Shown here in pieces: positions 1 through 11,646 of a DNA stretch of 64,000 bases. Location of the stretch: NCBI GenBank assembly GCA_012026655.1, contig JAAILG010000004.1, positions 62,001 to 126,000 of the forward strand, written 5' to 3'. The DNA is from Hydrolagus affinis. Lineage: Eukaryota. The position numbers and the translations under genes are program-made. Under the pieces are notes generated by a model. The model was not told the origin of the DNA. It saw nothing but the letters and a program-made list of their open reading frames with translations, and searched no databases. Within the stretch, counting starts at the first letter, position 1. The number at the start of each line of letters is the position of its first letter.

Positions 1-2004
1 AAAGGGTTCTGAGGGGTTTGCTTCATGCCAATGAAGACATGAGTTTCTGATCAATACCCTAATTCTCAGGCACACGGATCAGAACTTATTCAAAGCAACA
101 CAGTTCGTGTTGATATGGGTGTGGGTGTGGGAGAGGAGTTTAACGTTAGTCCCTAAAAACGTTAGAGTTTTAATGTTAGGCACAGTAAAAATCTGTGTAG
201 GTCTGGCGAGGAGACCGAGGCAGATGATTCTGAGCTGGAATTTCCTTTGAGAAATGGACACACAGGAATAGGATTTTGCTAAACCCTTAACCTTTAACCT
301 GCCTGATACATAAGAGCTTCATGCAGATAGCCAGGCATTATTAGGCCTGAAGACTTAGATTGACGATTGTTTAGCTACTGACGGAACTTTTCCAATCCTG
401 CAAAGTTAAATATTGATACATCTTCCATCTTAAATTAATTACACGGCGAGCAAAGTCACAAAGCACACACTCACTGTCAGGGGAGGGGCGATGGGGGCTT
501 GTGGAAGGATGAAAAGTAGAACAAGGAAGGATTATCGGCAAATTCATTGGAAAATTACATTTACTAAGGCAGTTATTAGACAGGAGGACGGACGGACGGA
601 TGGAGGAATTAAGCAGGTTTCCAATTTGATTCCTTGCACATCACTTATCAGGCTGGCGTGAGTTTCTTCTGCAATGTCGATGTGCAGGAGTGAAGGGCCA
701 GCCATTCCCTGTAGGTTTTCCTTTAACTGTTGTGTAACATCTCTCCTGGCTCAGCTCTCTTTCTCCCTCTACAGTATCTCTGTCTGTCTAAAGTTCGACT
801 CGCTGACATTCCCTTTTCCATATGTTGTTTTTCCCTTTTTTTTTGAGTTTTCACAGCCTCCTTTCATCTTGCTTTTCGCCTTCAAAAAAGTAGACATGAA
901 ATTTCACAGTATAATTCCTGCGAAGCACTTTGAAACACCCTCCCATCGTGAAAGGCGCCAGATCGAATGCAAGGATGGTAATTATTCTGACATGGCATTC
1001 CGCCTGTTGATGTTTTATTTTCTTTTTATCCCTCACCTCGTCATCCGTAATTAGATTTGGTGCATTATTCCCTGACCAGGTCCGTCCTTAATTAGTGTAC
1101 AAATGTAATTTTGTTGTGGTGGTGGTTTCTTGACAGATTTCTTGATCGGAAAATTGTTCATTGTTGAATTTCTCAAAGAGCAAAGGTTCTGTGTTGCGCT
1201 CCGCGATTATCAAGCACTCTGGGACGCTACCCTCTGTGAGAGGCACTATGTCAATGCAAATTGTCGCTGTTGTGCACGTTCTCTGTTTTTTCAAATGAAC
1301 GAAACGTACATTTAGTTGCCCTCAATAACTGCACGTTAATGCTTCTATAAAAGAGAGCGCACAATTTAAAGGGATTTATGTTTTTCCACTCGGCGGCTTT
1401 CTCTTATTCAACTTTTCCTCTGATCAGTTTTCAGTTCTGGAAAGAGAGCCATTTGCAATGGATACAAGACGGGGGGTGGTGGGATGGGGAAGGGTGGGTG
1501 GGGGAGGGGTGTTGTTGTGGGGGGGAGGGGAAGAAGTGGGGGAGAAAGTTTGATGCAGACATGAGAGATTGCTGGAGATCAAAAGAATTTAATGAGGAGG
1601 AGATATTGGGATGTGAAGAAAGGAGGTGAGGCAGAGAGGCAGGAGAGAATGAGGAAGCAATAGAAATGATATGGTAAAGAGGTGTGTGACAGATACCAGG
1701 TTGCAAACAAGAGGCACAGAGGCGCGAGAGAGAGAGAGCATCAGAGTGTGCACCTATCTGACACTCACCTGACACTCACTTGTAGGCAGCCTGACATGTT
1801 CACACTCCTGAACGCATATTGATGAAAGAGCATTGAATTCAGCAGCTAAGGGGATGGGCGAGAGATTGAGGGGATAACAGCTCATTATCAAAGCAGAACT
1901 CACCTTGTGCCTTGCTAATGAATCCTGATGATTTATATATCTGATTCCAACCCCCAGCTCGGGTGTAAATCTTTAACTGTCCAGCCCTTTGGGGCTTTGT
2001 TCTG

Positions 2005-2184
2005 CCAATTTAGTCACTTAATCCACGACTGTTTGTGGGACGCCACTGGGCACAATCGGCTGCGGCGTTTCGCCCACAAAGCATACAGTCAATTAACTTT
2101 ACGGTATATTCTGTGAAGCGCTTTGAGACATCTAGAAGACGTGATAAGCCACAGTATCAAATGCAAGGATCAGTATTATTATTT
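2005..2184 (+). mobile_element. Young tRNA-SINE, 3' half
   Basis: Body motif TGTTTGTGGGAC..GGCTGC..TTTCGCCCACAAA plus tail GTGAAGCGCTTTGAGAC..ATCAAATGCAAGGAT..(ATT)n, shared with about 30 copies in the window. Confidence 0.85.
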
Positions 2185-2399
2185 TAGAAATGTCATTTGT
2201 TGTTGCCGCTGTTAATAACGAGGTGAGACATTCTTCCGTTGACTGATTAATTACAGTGGTTACAGCTTTGAACACAATTCTGTTCATTGCATGTTGTTAA
2301 AAAACCCTCTGCAGATTGCTGCTAAGGAGCCAGTGCATGCTCGGACACAGTGTTGACAAAGTGAGACAGCCACAAGAACTTTTGTTGTGGAGTGGGGCG

Positions 2400-2645
2400 A
2401 TACCTTAGCAGTAAGTAAAAACCTGGTTGTTAGTCGATTGGCGGATCGCTTCTCCGGCAGTAATATTCCCTTTAGAAAAAATTATTTGGTCACTTAATCC
2501 ATGACTGTGTGTGTGTAATTGGCTGCCATGTTTCACCCATGAAATATAGAGTCAATTCCCCTGTACAGAATATTCAATGAAGCGTTTTGAGACACTGAGA
2601 AGACTTGGTAAGGCGCCATATCAAATGCAAGTATTATTATTATTT
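2400..2645 (+). mobile_element. tRNA-SINE, long variant, 5'-truncated
   Basis: Extra segment GCAGTAAGTA..CCTGGTTGTTAGTCGATTGG, then the common body and tail. Confidence 0.75.
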
Positions 2646-2832
2646 GGGGGACGACTATGGATTTGATCAAGAGGCATTTAAAGAAGGAAATCTACATGGG
2701 TGGGTGGGTGGTATCTTGGAATTATGACATCAAATGGCCTTGTGATGGAATGTGATTGTTATCAGCAGAAGTCTCGGCCACCAGACACTTCAACCCCGAC
2801 TAACCCTGCCTGCTTGGTGTCTGTGTGATCCG

Positions 2833-3027
2833 TTTTGTGGGCGAAGTGCGGCAGCCAAGTACGCACAACAGTGGCTCACAAACAGTCGTGGATTGAAGTG
2901 ACCAATTTTGTTTTTGTGCAGGATTATTATCAGGTGTATGGAGTATGGAAACTTGACCAAGGTTTTGTCCTGCCGGGAATTGAATCCAGGTCGCTCGCTT
3001 GCGAAGCGAGTGCTCTAACCACTGATG
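2833..3027 (-). mobile_element. tRNA-SINE head and body (Ala-like anticodon loop), tail missing
   Basis: Minus strand reads TCAGTGGTTAGAGCACTCGCTTCGCAAGCGAG..GATTCAATTCC (A/B-box-like), followed by the SINE body. Confidence 0.85.
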
Positions 3028-3420
3028 GCCCACCGGCAAGCTCAGCCTCAAAAGGAAGAGAGGGAACAATCAAAGGACACTGAGAAACAGTCGTGGGGTG
3101 TGGTGGGATGGGATGGAGAGAGGGAGGAGAGGTGACAATCTAGGTCGAGGGTAGCTGTTAATGAGCCTATCACTTCCTTCCTGGGTAAAACTTTAGTGCC
3201 CAAATGCTTCATGAATTATTTTTCACACATGCATTGGAGACTTGCAAATGTAAAAAGTTCTTCTGGTTGTCTTTCCTTTTCTATTCAGCTGTTATCAGCC
3301 CTTTTATCTTGTGTCGATATTTGAAAGAACAGCAGTTTCTCCTGGCGCTCTGACCAATAAAATAACCCACAGGATTAAACGTCCCGGTGTCACAAGGTTG
3401 TGGGTTCCAGCCCCCATGTC

Positions 3421-3655
3421 AACAACAACAACAAAATTACACTTGTATAGCGCCTTTCACGTCAGGAGGACATCCCAAGGCCCTGGACAGTCACTGTGTC
3501 AGATCAGAGCTGGGGGACAGGGTGGGGAGGGAAGGGGGGGATTAGGAATTGCCGATGGGACGATCGAAGAGGATAGTTTTGAGGCAGGACCTGAAGGTGG
3601 TCAGGGAAGGAGTGAGGCGAAGGGACTGCGGGATGGGGTTCCAGAGGTTGGGGGC
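3421..3655 (-). mobile_element. L2-clade LINE 3' end
   Basis: (GTT)n tail, stem-loop ..GACGTGAAAGGCGCTATACAAGTGTAATTTT, and upstream ORF2 C-terminal remnant (PNLWNP). Confidence 0.85.
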
Positions 3656-3659
3656 TTTG

Positions 3660-3968
3660 AAACTCACAATCTAGGCTAACACTCTAATGCAGTGTACTGC
3701 ACACTTCTTTCAGATGAGATGTTAAAGATCCCAAAGTGCCATCTTAAAAGGAGAAGGGAGTTTCTCCGAGTATCCTGGCTAATAATCTCACGAGATAAAA
3801 TTAGTCATTCATTTCATGGCCATTTGTGGGATGTTTCTGTGCACAATTTGGCTGTCTGCCCACAAAACTCACAGTCACTACATTTTCCAGTGAAATCTTG
3901 TAAAGTGTTCTGAGGTGTGTTCCCAACATGAAAAGCGCGGTATCAAATTCAAGAATAATAATTATTAT
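3660..3968 (+). mobile_element. Old Deu-domain SINE (SacSINE1/AmnSINE1-like)
   Basis: ATCTAGGCTAACACT..CTTTCAGATGAGATGTTAAA..GATCCC..GGGAGTTTCTCC..TCCTGGC resembles the Deu domain (recalled from memory); L2-type tail. Confidence 0.7.
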
Positions 3969-4941
3969 CGGCTGTTTGCAAATTGTACCCACAACCTATC
4001 ATTAGGCACTTGTTCCATTTCTGATCAGATGCCTTGTAAGCGTTTCCCAATGTAATCTACGAGACAGTGATTCCATTCAGTAGGAAAACTGTAGGAAATC
4101 CCTGGAAAGGAATCTTGAATCGTGCTTTACATCCACTCCTGAAGTGCACTTTGTGGAAGCTGTTTCTATAAAATGCATTAAAACAACTTGTGATGAATCA
4201 TCGTAACTTTAAAAATCAATTCATCATGCTCCCATAAGTCTGGTTTGTTCATTTATGCTCAGCGTATATGAGAGATGTATTTAAAGGCGCGGACGTGGAT
4301 GCAAATACAGAGCGACAGCAGAAAATTACCTCGGTAAAAATTAAATTAAAAATGAGCGTTTTATTGGTTGGAATTCAGAGCCACAGATTTACTTCAAAGT
4401 TGTTTAGCTCCTCTCATGAATCAAACTCCAGCAGCATTTGGGAATGTTTTTCCTTCCCACCCGGATCTTTATTTGTTCATCCACAAAATACACGCAGTCA
4501 CTAAACTGTACTGTACAGTAAAAGCCTGTGAGACGTCCTCTCAAAGTCAAAGGAGCCATATCAAATGGAAGGATTTTAAAAAAATTATTTTGATTTCTGT
4601 TATGTTACTACAGTTTAAATCACCGGATTCTCTAAATGGTTTTCAGTGATGTGGGTCAGCCAGACAATTAACACTGCTACTTTACATGTGAGTGAAAGTT
4701 ACTTTCTTAATATATTTGGGCTTCCAAAAATAGCTACTTTTTTGCACAAGACGGATATTTTGTTCACCAGGTAGGTTGTCAAGTCAGCTTTGTTATACAG
4801 TTAATGTAGGTTTAGTTGCACCGATGGCTCGAGGAATTCTGTGTGTTTTACATAGCCGCATACATCCGCATTCAATTTGTAGATCAATATATTCCCTGAT
4901 TTGGTCTTATTTCCTATTACAGTATTATTATTGGTATCACA

Positions 4942-5330
4942 GTGGAGTTGTGCAGCTCAGTGGTAGCAAGTGGACCTGGTTTTGATTCCTGGGCAGTGCA
5001 AAATGTTGAGATAGAGTCCTCACTCCACATACGTATGTTTTCCTAATAGTAAGTAGAGACCCAGCTGTTAGTCGATTGGGAGGGGTGAGGGGGTGCTTTC
5101 CTGAGGGTAATAATCCCTGAAAAAAAATACTAATTTGGTCACTTAATACACAACTGTTTGTGGGATACCACCAGCAGCCAGTCGGTGCAAAACTGGCTGC
5201 CGCATTTCGCCCCACAAAATAGGCAGTCAATTCACTTTACAGTATATTCTGTGAAGCACTTTGAGACGTTATGAGGGGTTAGGTCAAATGCAAGGATTAT
5301 TATTATTGTTGTTATTATCATTATTATTTA
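4942..5330 (+). mobile_element. tRNA-SINE, long variant, near full length
   Basis: GTGGAG..CAGCTCAGTGG head, extra CCTAATAGTAAGTAG..TGTTAGTCGATTGG segment, body and (ATT)n tail. Confidence 0.8.
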
Positions 5331-5596
5331 TCAGCTTTGCCAATTTTCCCCTTGTCTGTCCTCCCCCTGAAGATATTTTGGTTTTATTTTGCCTTGCGGC
5401 TGCTGGCTGGAGAGAGGTAAATAAATTTCACAAGTCCTTCTGATGGAGGGATAAGCCTCATTGTCTTTGCCGGTCAGCGCGGGGCTGTGTTGGTACAGAT
5501 GTGCGAGCCTCGTTAAAGAGTAATGTGTTGCTCCTGTATCAGGAAGGGTCACACATCCTCAGGCCATCCATTGTTGAACCAGTTGGCACATTTGTA

Positions 5597-5616
5597 TGTG
5601 TGTGTGTGTGTGTGTG
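5597..5616. repeat. (TG)n microsatellite
   Basis: About 10 TG units. Confidence 0.95.
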
Positions 5617-6207
5617 TTCGAGTTAACCCTTCAAAAAAAATGAGGGGAAGTCACTGACCATTGTTAACATTGTATATGGAGTCTGCCCTCACTGCTCTCC
5701 TGCTGAGAGCACAGTGTCATTACAGAGGGAGGGAAGGCTCAACTGCTCTCTTAAAATGAGTTAGAAGTTCCTCCGGCAGAATGGGAAATCTTTTACTGCT
5801 ATCCATAAAACAGACTGTTACTCTATTAACACTGCCACTGGCTAGATTTATTCAACAGCTCTTACCCATGCCAATACAATCCCTGTGTTCTGACCGATAC
5901 GGGCAAGCGTGGATTTGTCATTAGTTCCCAAGCGTCTACCTATTCTCCCTTTAAACCTTCCCTGCCTCAGTTCCCTCTATCCTTGGCCCCTCCTCTGAAG
6001 AGCTTCTCCTTCTGCTGGTGTTTGGAAACTTTTTGTGTCTTTGACTGGCTCCTTGTCAAACTCCCACCATCATTCAGTGCTCCCAGTTGAAGAGCGTCTC
6101 ACAAATGAAAGTCGTTGTTTTAACAATTCGATCGAGGCTACATCTGCGGGCGCCCGCCTGGGGGGGCTGGGGGAGTGGTGGGAAGGGGGGAATGGTTGAC
6201 AAAGTGG

Positions 6208-6477
6208 TAATAATAATAACAATAATAATCCTGATTACTTGATATAGCGTTTTTCGCGTCTTCTAGACCTCTTAAATCGCTTCGCAGAATACACTGTAAA
6301 GTGAATTGACTGTATATTTGCAGGCGAAACCAGGCAGCCAATTGCGCACAGCAGTGTCCCACAAACAGTCGTGGATTGAAATTACCAATTTTTTGGGGGG
6401 GATTATTATCAGGTGTGTGGAGTAAGGAAACTTGTCCAAGATTTCGCCCTGCCGGGAATCGAACCCAGGTCTCTCAC
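6208..6477 (-). mobile_element. tRNA-SINE, near full length
   Basis: Reverse complement of tail, body and B box (GGGTTCGATTCCCGG). Confidence 0.9.
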
Positions 6478-6919
6478 TAGATGCACCTTGTTGGACATCC
6501 TCCTGACATGAAAGGCACTCTATAAACATAATTTTGTGGTTGATTTTGTTTGTTGTACCAATAAATCTTTACAATCGACAGCTTTAAAAACAGATTGAAA
6601 CTTTTCACTCTGAACTGCTCGAGGTAAACGCTGGGAAAACTGGCATCCGAGGCGCGTGGTATTCGGAGGGTTAACCCCAAATTGCAACGCGATGCCATGT
6701 CCATTTTTGAGTATGCAAAAGGGTCTCTCATCCAAAGAACAAAGCCCTGTGTTGTATATCCGCACAGTTCTGTCTGTGTGTTTGTTGGCAGCCCTCAACC
6801 ACCCCGCAGCCTTAAACATCCGTACACTTCAGCTGTGGCGTTTTGTTTAGGTCTCTGCTGACTGGTGAAGGCAGTCTCTGCACAATGCTTGGCAGAAAAC
6901 CCGCATTGCCAGCAGCACA

Positions 6920-6923
6920 CAGA

Positions 6924-6959
<36 letters not shown>

Positions 6960-6963
6960 CAGA
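6920..6963. repeat. (AG)n microsatellite
   Basis: Interrupted AG dinucleotide run. Confidence 0.95.
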
Positions 6964-7351
6964 GCACCATCTGAATAATTCATGGGACAGACGGCAGCGA
7001 AAAATAACAGGGTGTCTTTGCACTGTTCCACCTGGGCTTGCGCAGAGCCTGATTTTTTCCCCCTCCTCACCTCAAGGGGCAGAGACGCAGAGGGAGGAGC
7101 AGATACTCACAGAGAAAGTGAGGGTATTTGATAGGCGAAACAGACATGAGAGAGCGATTGATTTTGCTAATAATAATCCTTGCATTTGATACAGGGAGTT
7201 ATCGCATCATTGGGATGCCTCAAAGCATTTCACGGGATATACAGTACTGCAAAGCGGATTGACTGTGTATTTTGTGGGCGAAATGCAGCAGCCAGCTTGC
7301 GGGATATTACTGTGTACGACTGGTTTAGCTCACAAAATGCACAGTTAATCC

Positions 7352-7548
7352 GTATAAACGTCCACCTAAGCAGGGAGATGGGGCCTCGGTTTACAGTGTC
7401 ATCCAAAGTACTTCAGCTCCGACCATGCAACATACCCCCAGCACTGCAGTGGAATGCCAGCTTAGACTACGCGATTCCAAATCCCAACGTAGCGCTTGAA
7501 CTCACAAGTTTCTGAGTCAGGGGGGGATAACGCCAGACTGCGCCAGGC
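7352..7548 (-). mobile_element. Old Deu-domain SINE, 5' half
   Basis: Minus strand reads GCCTGGCGCAGTC..TGACTCAGAAACTTGTGAGTTCAAG..TCTAAGCTGGCATTCCACTGCAGTGCTGGGGG..AAACCGAGGCCCCATC..AGGTGGACG. Confidence 0.75.
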
Positions 7549-7927
7549 CGACACCCAGACATGCAGTAAAATCACCAACATGGTGGATTTTGAAGTGTTT
7601 CTTTTTCCTTCAAACCATGTGAGAAATGTTATTTTGAGAGGAATACACGAGCAGTATTATGGCCGAGATAACTGGTACTGTCAGAGTAGGCCAGTGGCAT
7701 AAAAGTTTAATGTTAATAACAAATCATCTAGTGTAAATATTATTCAATCAGCAATGATCCAGTGATTATTTTTAGTTATTGGGAAGTCCTCCCGACGTGA
7801 AAGGTCCTCTATAAACGTAATTTTGTTGTTGTTACAGTATATATATCACAAATACCAGAGGACTGAAATACGATTACCGTATTGAAGAGTCTAGTGTGTG
7901 CGCCATTCACTGGTAACCAAGGGAAAC

Positions 7928-8110
7928 ACTCACCATTTTTAAGTTCATTTCTCATGTCCCCAGCTGCGCGATATGCGCCGGAAGTGTCACAAGAGAGCGG
8001 AAAAAATGCGACCTCTCACAACAGACTTGTTGCTTGTCGCGTGCCTTAATCAACCGCCACGTGATGATTGGCTCACGTGAAGGAGAAATGCCGGCACACA
8101 CCAATTCGGC
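7928..8110 (-). promoter_or_regulatory. Candidate CpG-rich promoter and first exon
   Basis: CCGGAAGT (7978-7985), CACGTG twice (8058-8063, 8074-8079) flanking ATTGG (8067-8071); minus strand ATG|GTGAGT at 7936-7928. Confidence 0.35.
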
Positions 8111-8394
8111 TGAATGGCCTGTTTCTGCGCTGTATATATTTTTGGGGTGTATTCTAACGCATTCCATTTTTTTTCTACCTGTTTTGAAACCCTGCAGGAG
8201 GATGTCGCAAACACCTCTGTGGGAGCCGTGTATTTCGTGGGTGAACGTGGTCGTGGATTTGCAGACATCATTGTCCCATTAACAGCCGTGGATGTACGAA
8301 CATGTGAACTTACTTCACTTTAAATCCTGTAAGAGTGCTTTGAGGCGTCCTCCCGACACGGTAAGGCAATCGATCGAATGTAGTGATTATCGTT

Positions 8395-8614
8395 ATTAGG
8401 ATGATGAAGTGAATGGCTCAGTTTTATCTGTGGGATGGTTGACCAAATTATCTTCTGTGGACCTCGGTTTAATGCCTCCATCAATAGGTGGCACCTCCAG
8501 CAGTACTGCGTTACGGTGTCCACCCAGACTTTGTGACATTAAGTCCCAGAGTGAGATTCAAACCTATAACCCCCATGACTCAGAGGCGAGAATGCTACCG
8601 GCTGAACCAGGCTG
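8395..8614 (-). mobile_element. Old Deu-domain SINE fragment
   Basis: GGACCTCGGTTTAA..GGTGGCACCTCC..AACCTATAACC..TGACTCAGAGGCGAGAATGCTACC..CCAGGCTG. Confidence 0.7.
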
Positions 8615-9999
8615 ACACCTTGATAGAAAACATTTGCTTGTAATATGTATTTATATACATGAAAAGTTCTTAAATTATTGAAAGGTTCAATAACTCTTTG
8701 ATTAAGTGCCTGCAGATGTTGAGACGGGCGGTACAGTCCAATGCAAATATTATCTGAGTCGAGCCAGATGTTTTTCATTTGCTGTACACAAATGTACGTG
8801 TATCTATCTGTAAGGCTCTCTTGTTGAGTTACGGCCCCTCTTAGAACAAGATAGAAACTGTGGTTCGTTTCCCCGTCAATGCCAATCTTTTCATTCCAAA
8901 AACCAATTTTAATGAGCGGACGGCATATTAATGCAGGTAACAAATGCTCCCATTTACACCCAGGGGCAAACTGACAGTCCAGGCAGATGTTCAGGTGCAG
9001 TGGCGAGCAGTGCAGTACTGGGGGGAGTGCTGCATTGTCGGAGGTGCAGTCCTTTGGATAAAATGTTAAGCCGAGGTCCCTTCTAAGATGGTGTCCCAAA
9101 GCGCTTCACGGAATTTATTGTAAAGTGGATCGACTGTGTATTTTGCGGGCAAAATCTAGCAACCAATTGCGCACAGCAGCGTCCCTCAAAACTGTCAACC
9201 AAAAATAAGAACGACAACAGCAGCGCCTTGTGTTAATTCCCAGGGGAGCAGAGCCAATAAATGAACTCCAGCACTTGACAGGTCATTATTCTCAACTGCA
9301 TCACTGTCTGCTGGTGCCGTGGAAATCGCCTGAGCAGAAAGCATTCAATGACGCTGCGCCGATGTGCACCTCCGCTCACTAACCCGGTCACATGCAACCC
9401 AATCCATCAGGCCCGGTAACTCTACCCTTGAAATTGCGATTGTTAGCCACCTAATACCAGAGCCTGCTCTGCAGTGTGTAATGTATTTCGCCCACACATA
9501 TCATCTGCACTTCCCAAACGGTTGTAATAATGATATCCCGCTGAAGGGTGCTCCATAAATGCAAGTTGCTGCTTATCGTTACAATTGATACAGTCCCTTT
9601 CACATCAGGAGGACGTCTCAATGCACTTAATATGATATGTTGTGAAAGGTAGTGACTGTACGTTTTGCCGGAGTCAGCCAATTGGCTCGAAGTAACATCG
9701 CACAAACAACCGTTGAGTGAATGATGGCACCTCTAACAATGCTGCCAACTGAGCCAGGCTCACATATGGTCTTAGAGGATAAGATGAGGTGGAATTTGAA
9801 ACCTAACCTTTAATCAACCCTACACTGTTATATGAGTAAATTGTGCCTCTCAACCTGAGTAACTTCTGCTTAACTCCTACGCTGCATCTAGCAGTTGATG
9901 GTATATACAGTATGTTTATAACAAGAACAACAAAATTACACTTGTATAGCGCCTTTCGTGTCAGGAGGACGTGATATATTTACTGTATATAACATGACA

Positions 10000-10425
10000 G
10001 CCTGTCTCAGTTGATAGCACTCTTATCTTCGGAATCAAAGAATTAAGAATTTAAGGCTCATGTCAGGACTTTGAACTTGTATTGACTTCAGCGCCTTGGG
10101 ACATCCTCCTGATGTGCAAGGTGCTAAACAAGCGTAATTTTGTTGTTGTTGTTGTTGATGTACGATCAAGGCTGACACCCCAATATAGTGGTGGGGGGGT
10201 GCAATGCATTTTTCTTTGAGTTTATTAAAACTAGGTGAGGTGCAAGTAGATGTGACAGATCCCGTGGCACTGTTCAAAATAGAAGGGAGTTTCTCTCAGT
10301 GTCCTGGCCAACAACCCTTCAGATAAAATCAGTCACTCATTTCACAACTGTTTGTGGGCGTTTGCTGTTGGCAAATTGGCTGCTGCGTATGCCTACAAAA
10401 CACACAGTCAGCCCTACTTTACTTT
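10000..10425 (+). mobile_element. Old Deu-domain SINE with a nested L2 tail (10089-10157)
   Basis: Head GCCTGTCTCAGTTGATAGCACTCT and Deu motifs, interrupted by AGCGCCTTGGGACATCCTCCTGATGTG..(GTT)n. Confidence 0.7.
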
Positions 10426-11348
10426 CAAAATATTTTTATTTGGAATATAATCTTTCGTGGATAATAAGATGCAGCAAATATACTTAACAGTGCATTTTTT
10501 TTTGCGGCCGTGTCTGATTTGCGGTACTTCAAAACACATTTCTTAAGAATTGTCATTAATGGATTCCAAACCAATAGAAATATTCTGAAGCAAACACTGC
10601 ACATTTCCTAATAAGAAATAGAAATGACACAGAGCATTTCTCGGTAAGGCATCTGCAAAGGAATACCGCAAATTAGATTCCATTTTTAGAGGGGAAAAAA
10701 GGACTTTTTGTATCACATTGAAACATCGCAAAGCCCTTCACAGTGAATTACTGTCAAATGTCTTGACTTTTTATAGGCTATTTTAGTGATGTTTCAGTAC
10801 AAAAAGTGAAACGATTATGAAAATCTAACATTATACCATTTAATTCCCACTAATGCCATTTCCTGCTTACCCCCAGCAGTTAATTACTTTAATGAGCCTG
10901 TCAAGCTCCAAAGTATTTGTTCATCCCTGACATTGATACCAGTATTTTTCCCCCCTTGCTCAACGGAATTTGACAATGTCAATTCTCCGTTGACTTCAGT
11001 GGCAAAGAAAAGCATTGTATACGGTAGGTTTAGGGGCTCGTTGAAGAGGCCACAGAGAAAAATTTGAGTGAACTTGTTTGTAACTCGCACCCGCCTCATT
11101 TGAAATGCCCTTTCAAAGTGTTTTGAGAGGTCCTCGCGACGTGAAACGCACTGTATCAAGCCTGTATCAATCACTGTATCAGTGATTATTCTTATTATTA
11201 ATTAATATTGGTGATAACTACAGCTGCACAGGGCCCTATTTTGACCGTAGCTAAGGATTGGCTGTTGGCTACACATCCATACTGTAGTAAGTAATTTCAT
11301 TGTAAGGAAATCACGTGAGGGATACCTTGAGAAACACAGGCACTTTGC

Positions 11349-11646
11349 GTGGATTCCTGCAGCTCAGTAGTTAGAGGCTCGTCTCGCAAGCAGGGGACCT
11401 GATTTTGATTCCCAGCAAGTTTCCTTTCTCAACACACCTGATAATAATCCCTTGACAAAAAATATATAAATTGGTCACTTCAATCCGCGATGGTTTGTGG
11501 GCCACTGCTGTGCGCAATTGGTTGCTACGTTTCACCCACAAATAATCAGTCAATTCACTTTACAGTACATTCTGCGAAGCATTTTGAGACGTCTGGAAGA
11601 CGTGAAAAGCGCTATATCAAATGCAATGATTATTACTATTATTACT
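11349..11646 (+). mobile_element. tRNA-SINE, near full length (Ala-like head)
   Basis: GTGGATTCCTGCAGCTCAGTAGTTAGAG..CTCGCAAG head, body, tail loop GTCTGGAAGACGTG. Confidence 0.85.

Noticed and set aside
8539-9099. Longest ORF (186 aa)
   Set aside because: Both ends lie in Deu-SINE fragments and the peptide has no recognisable motif.
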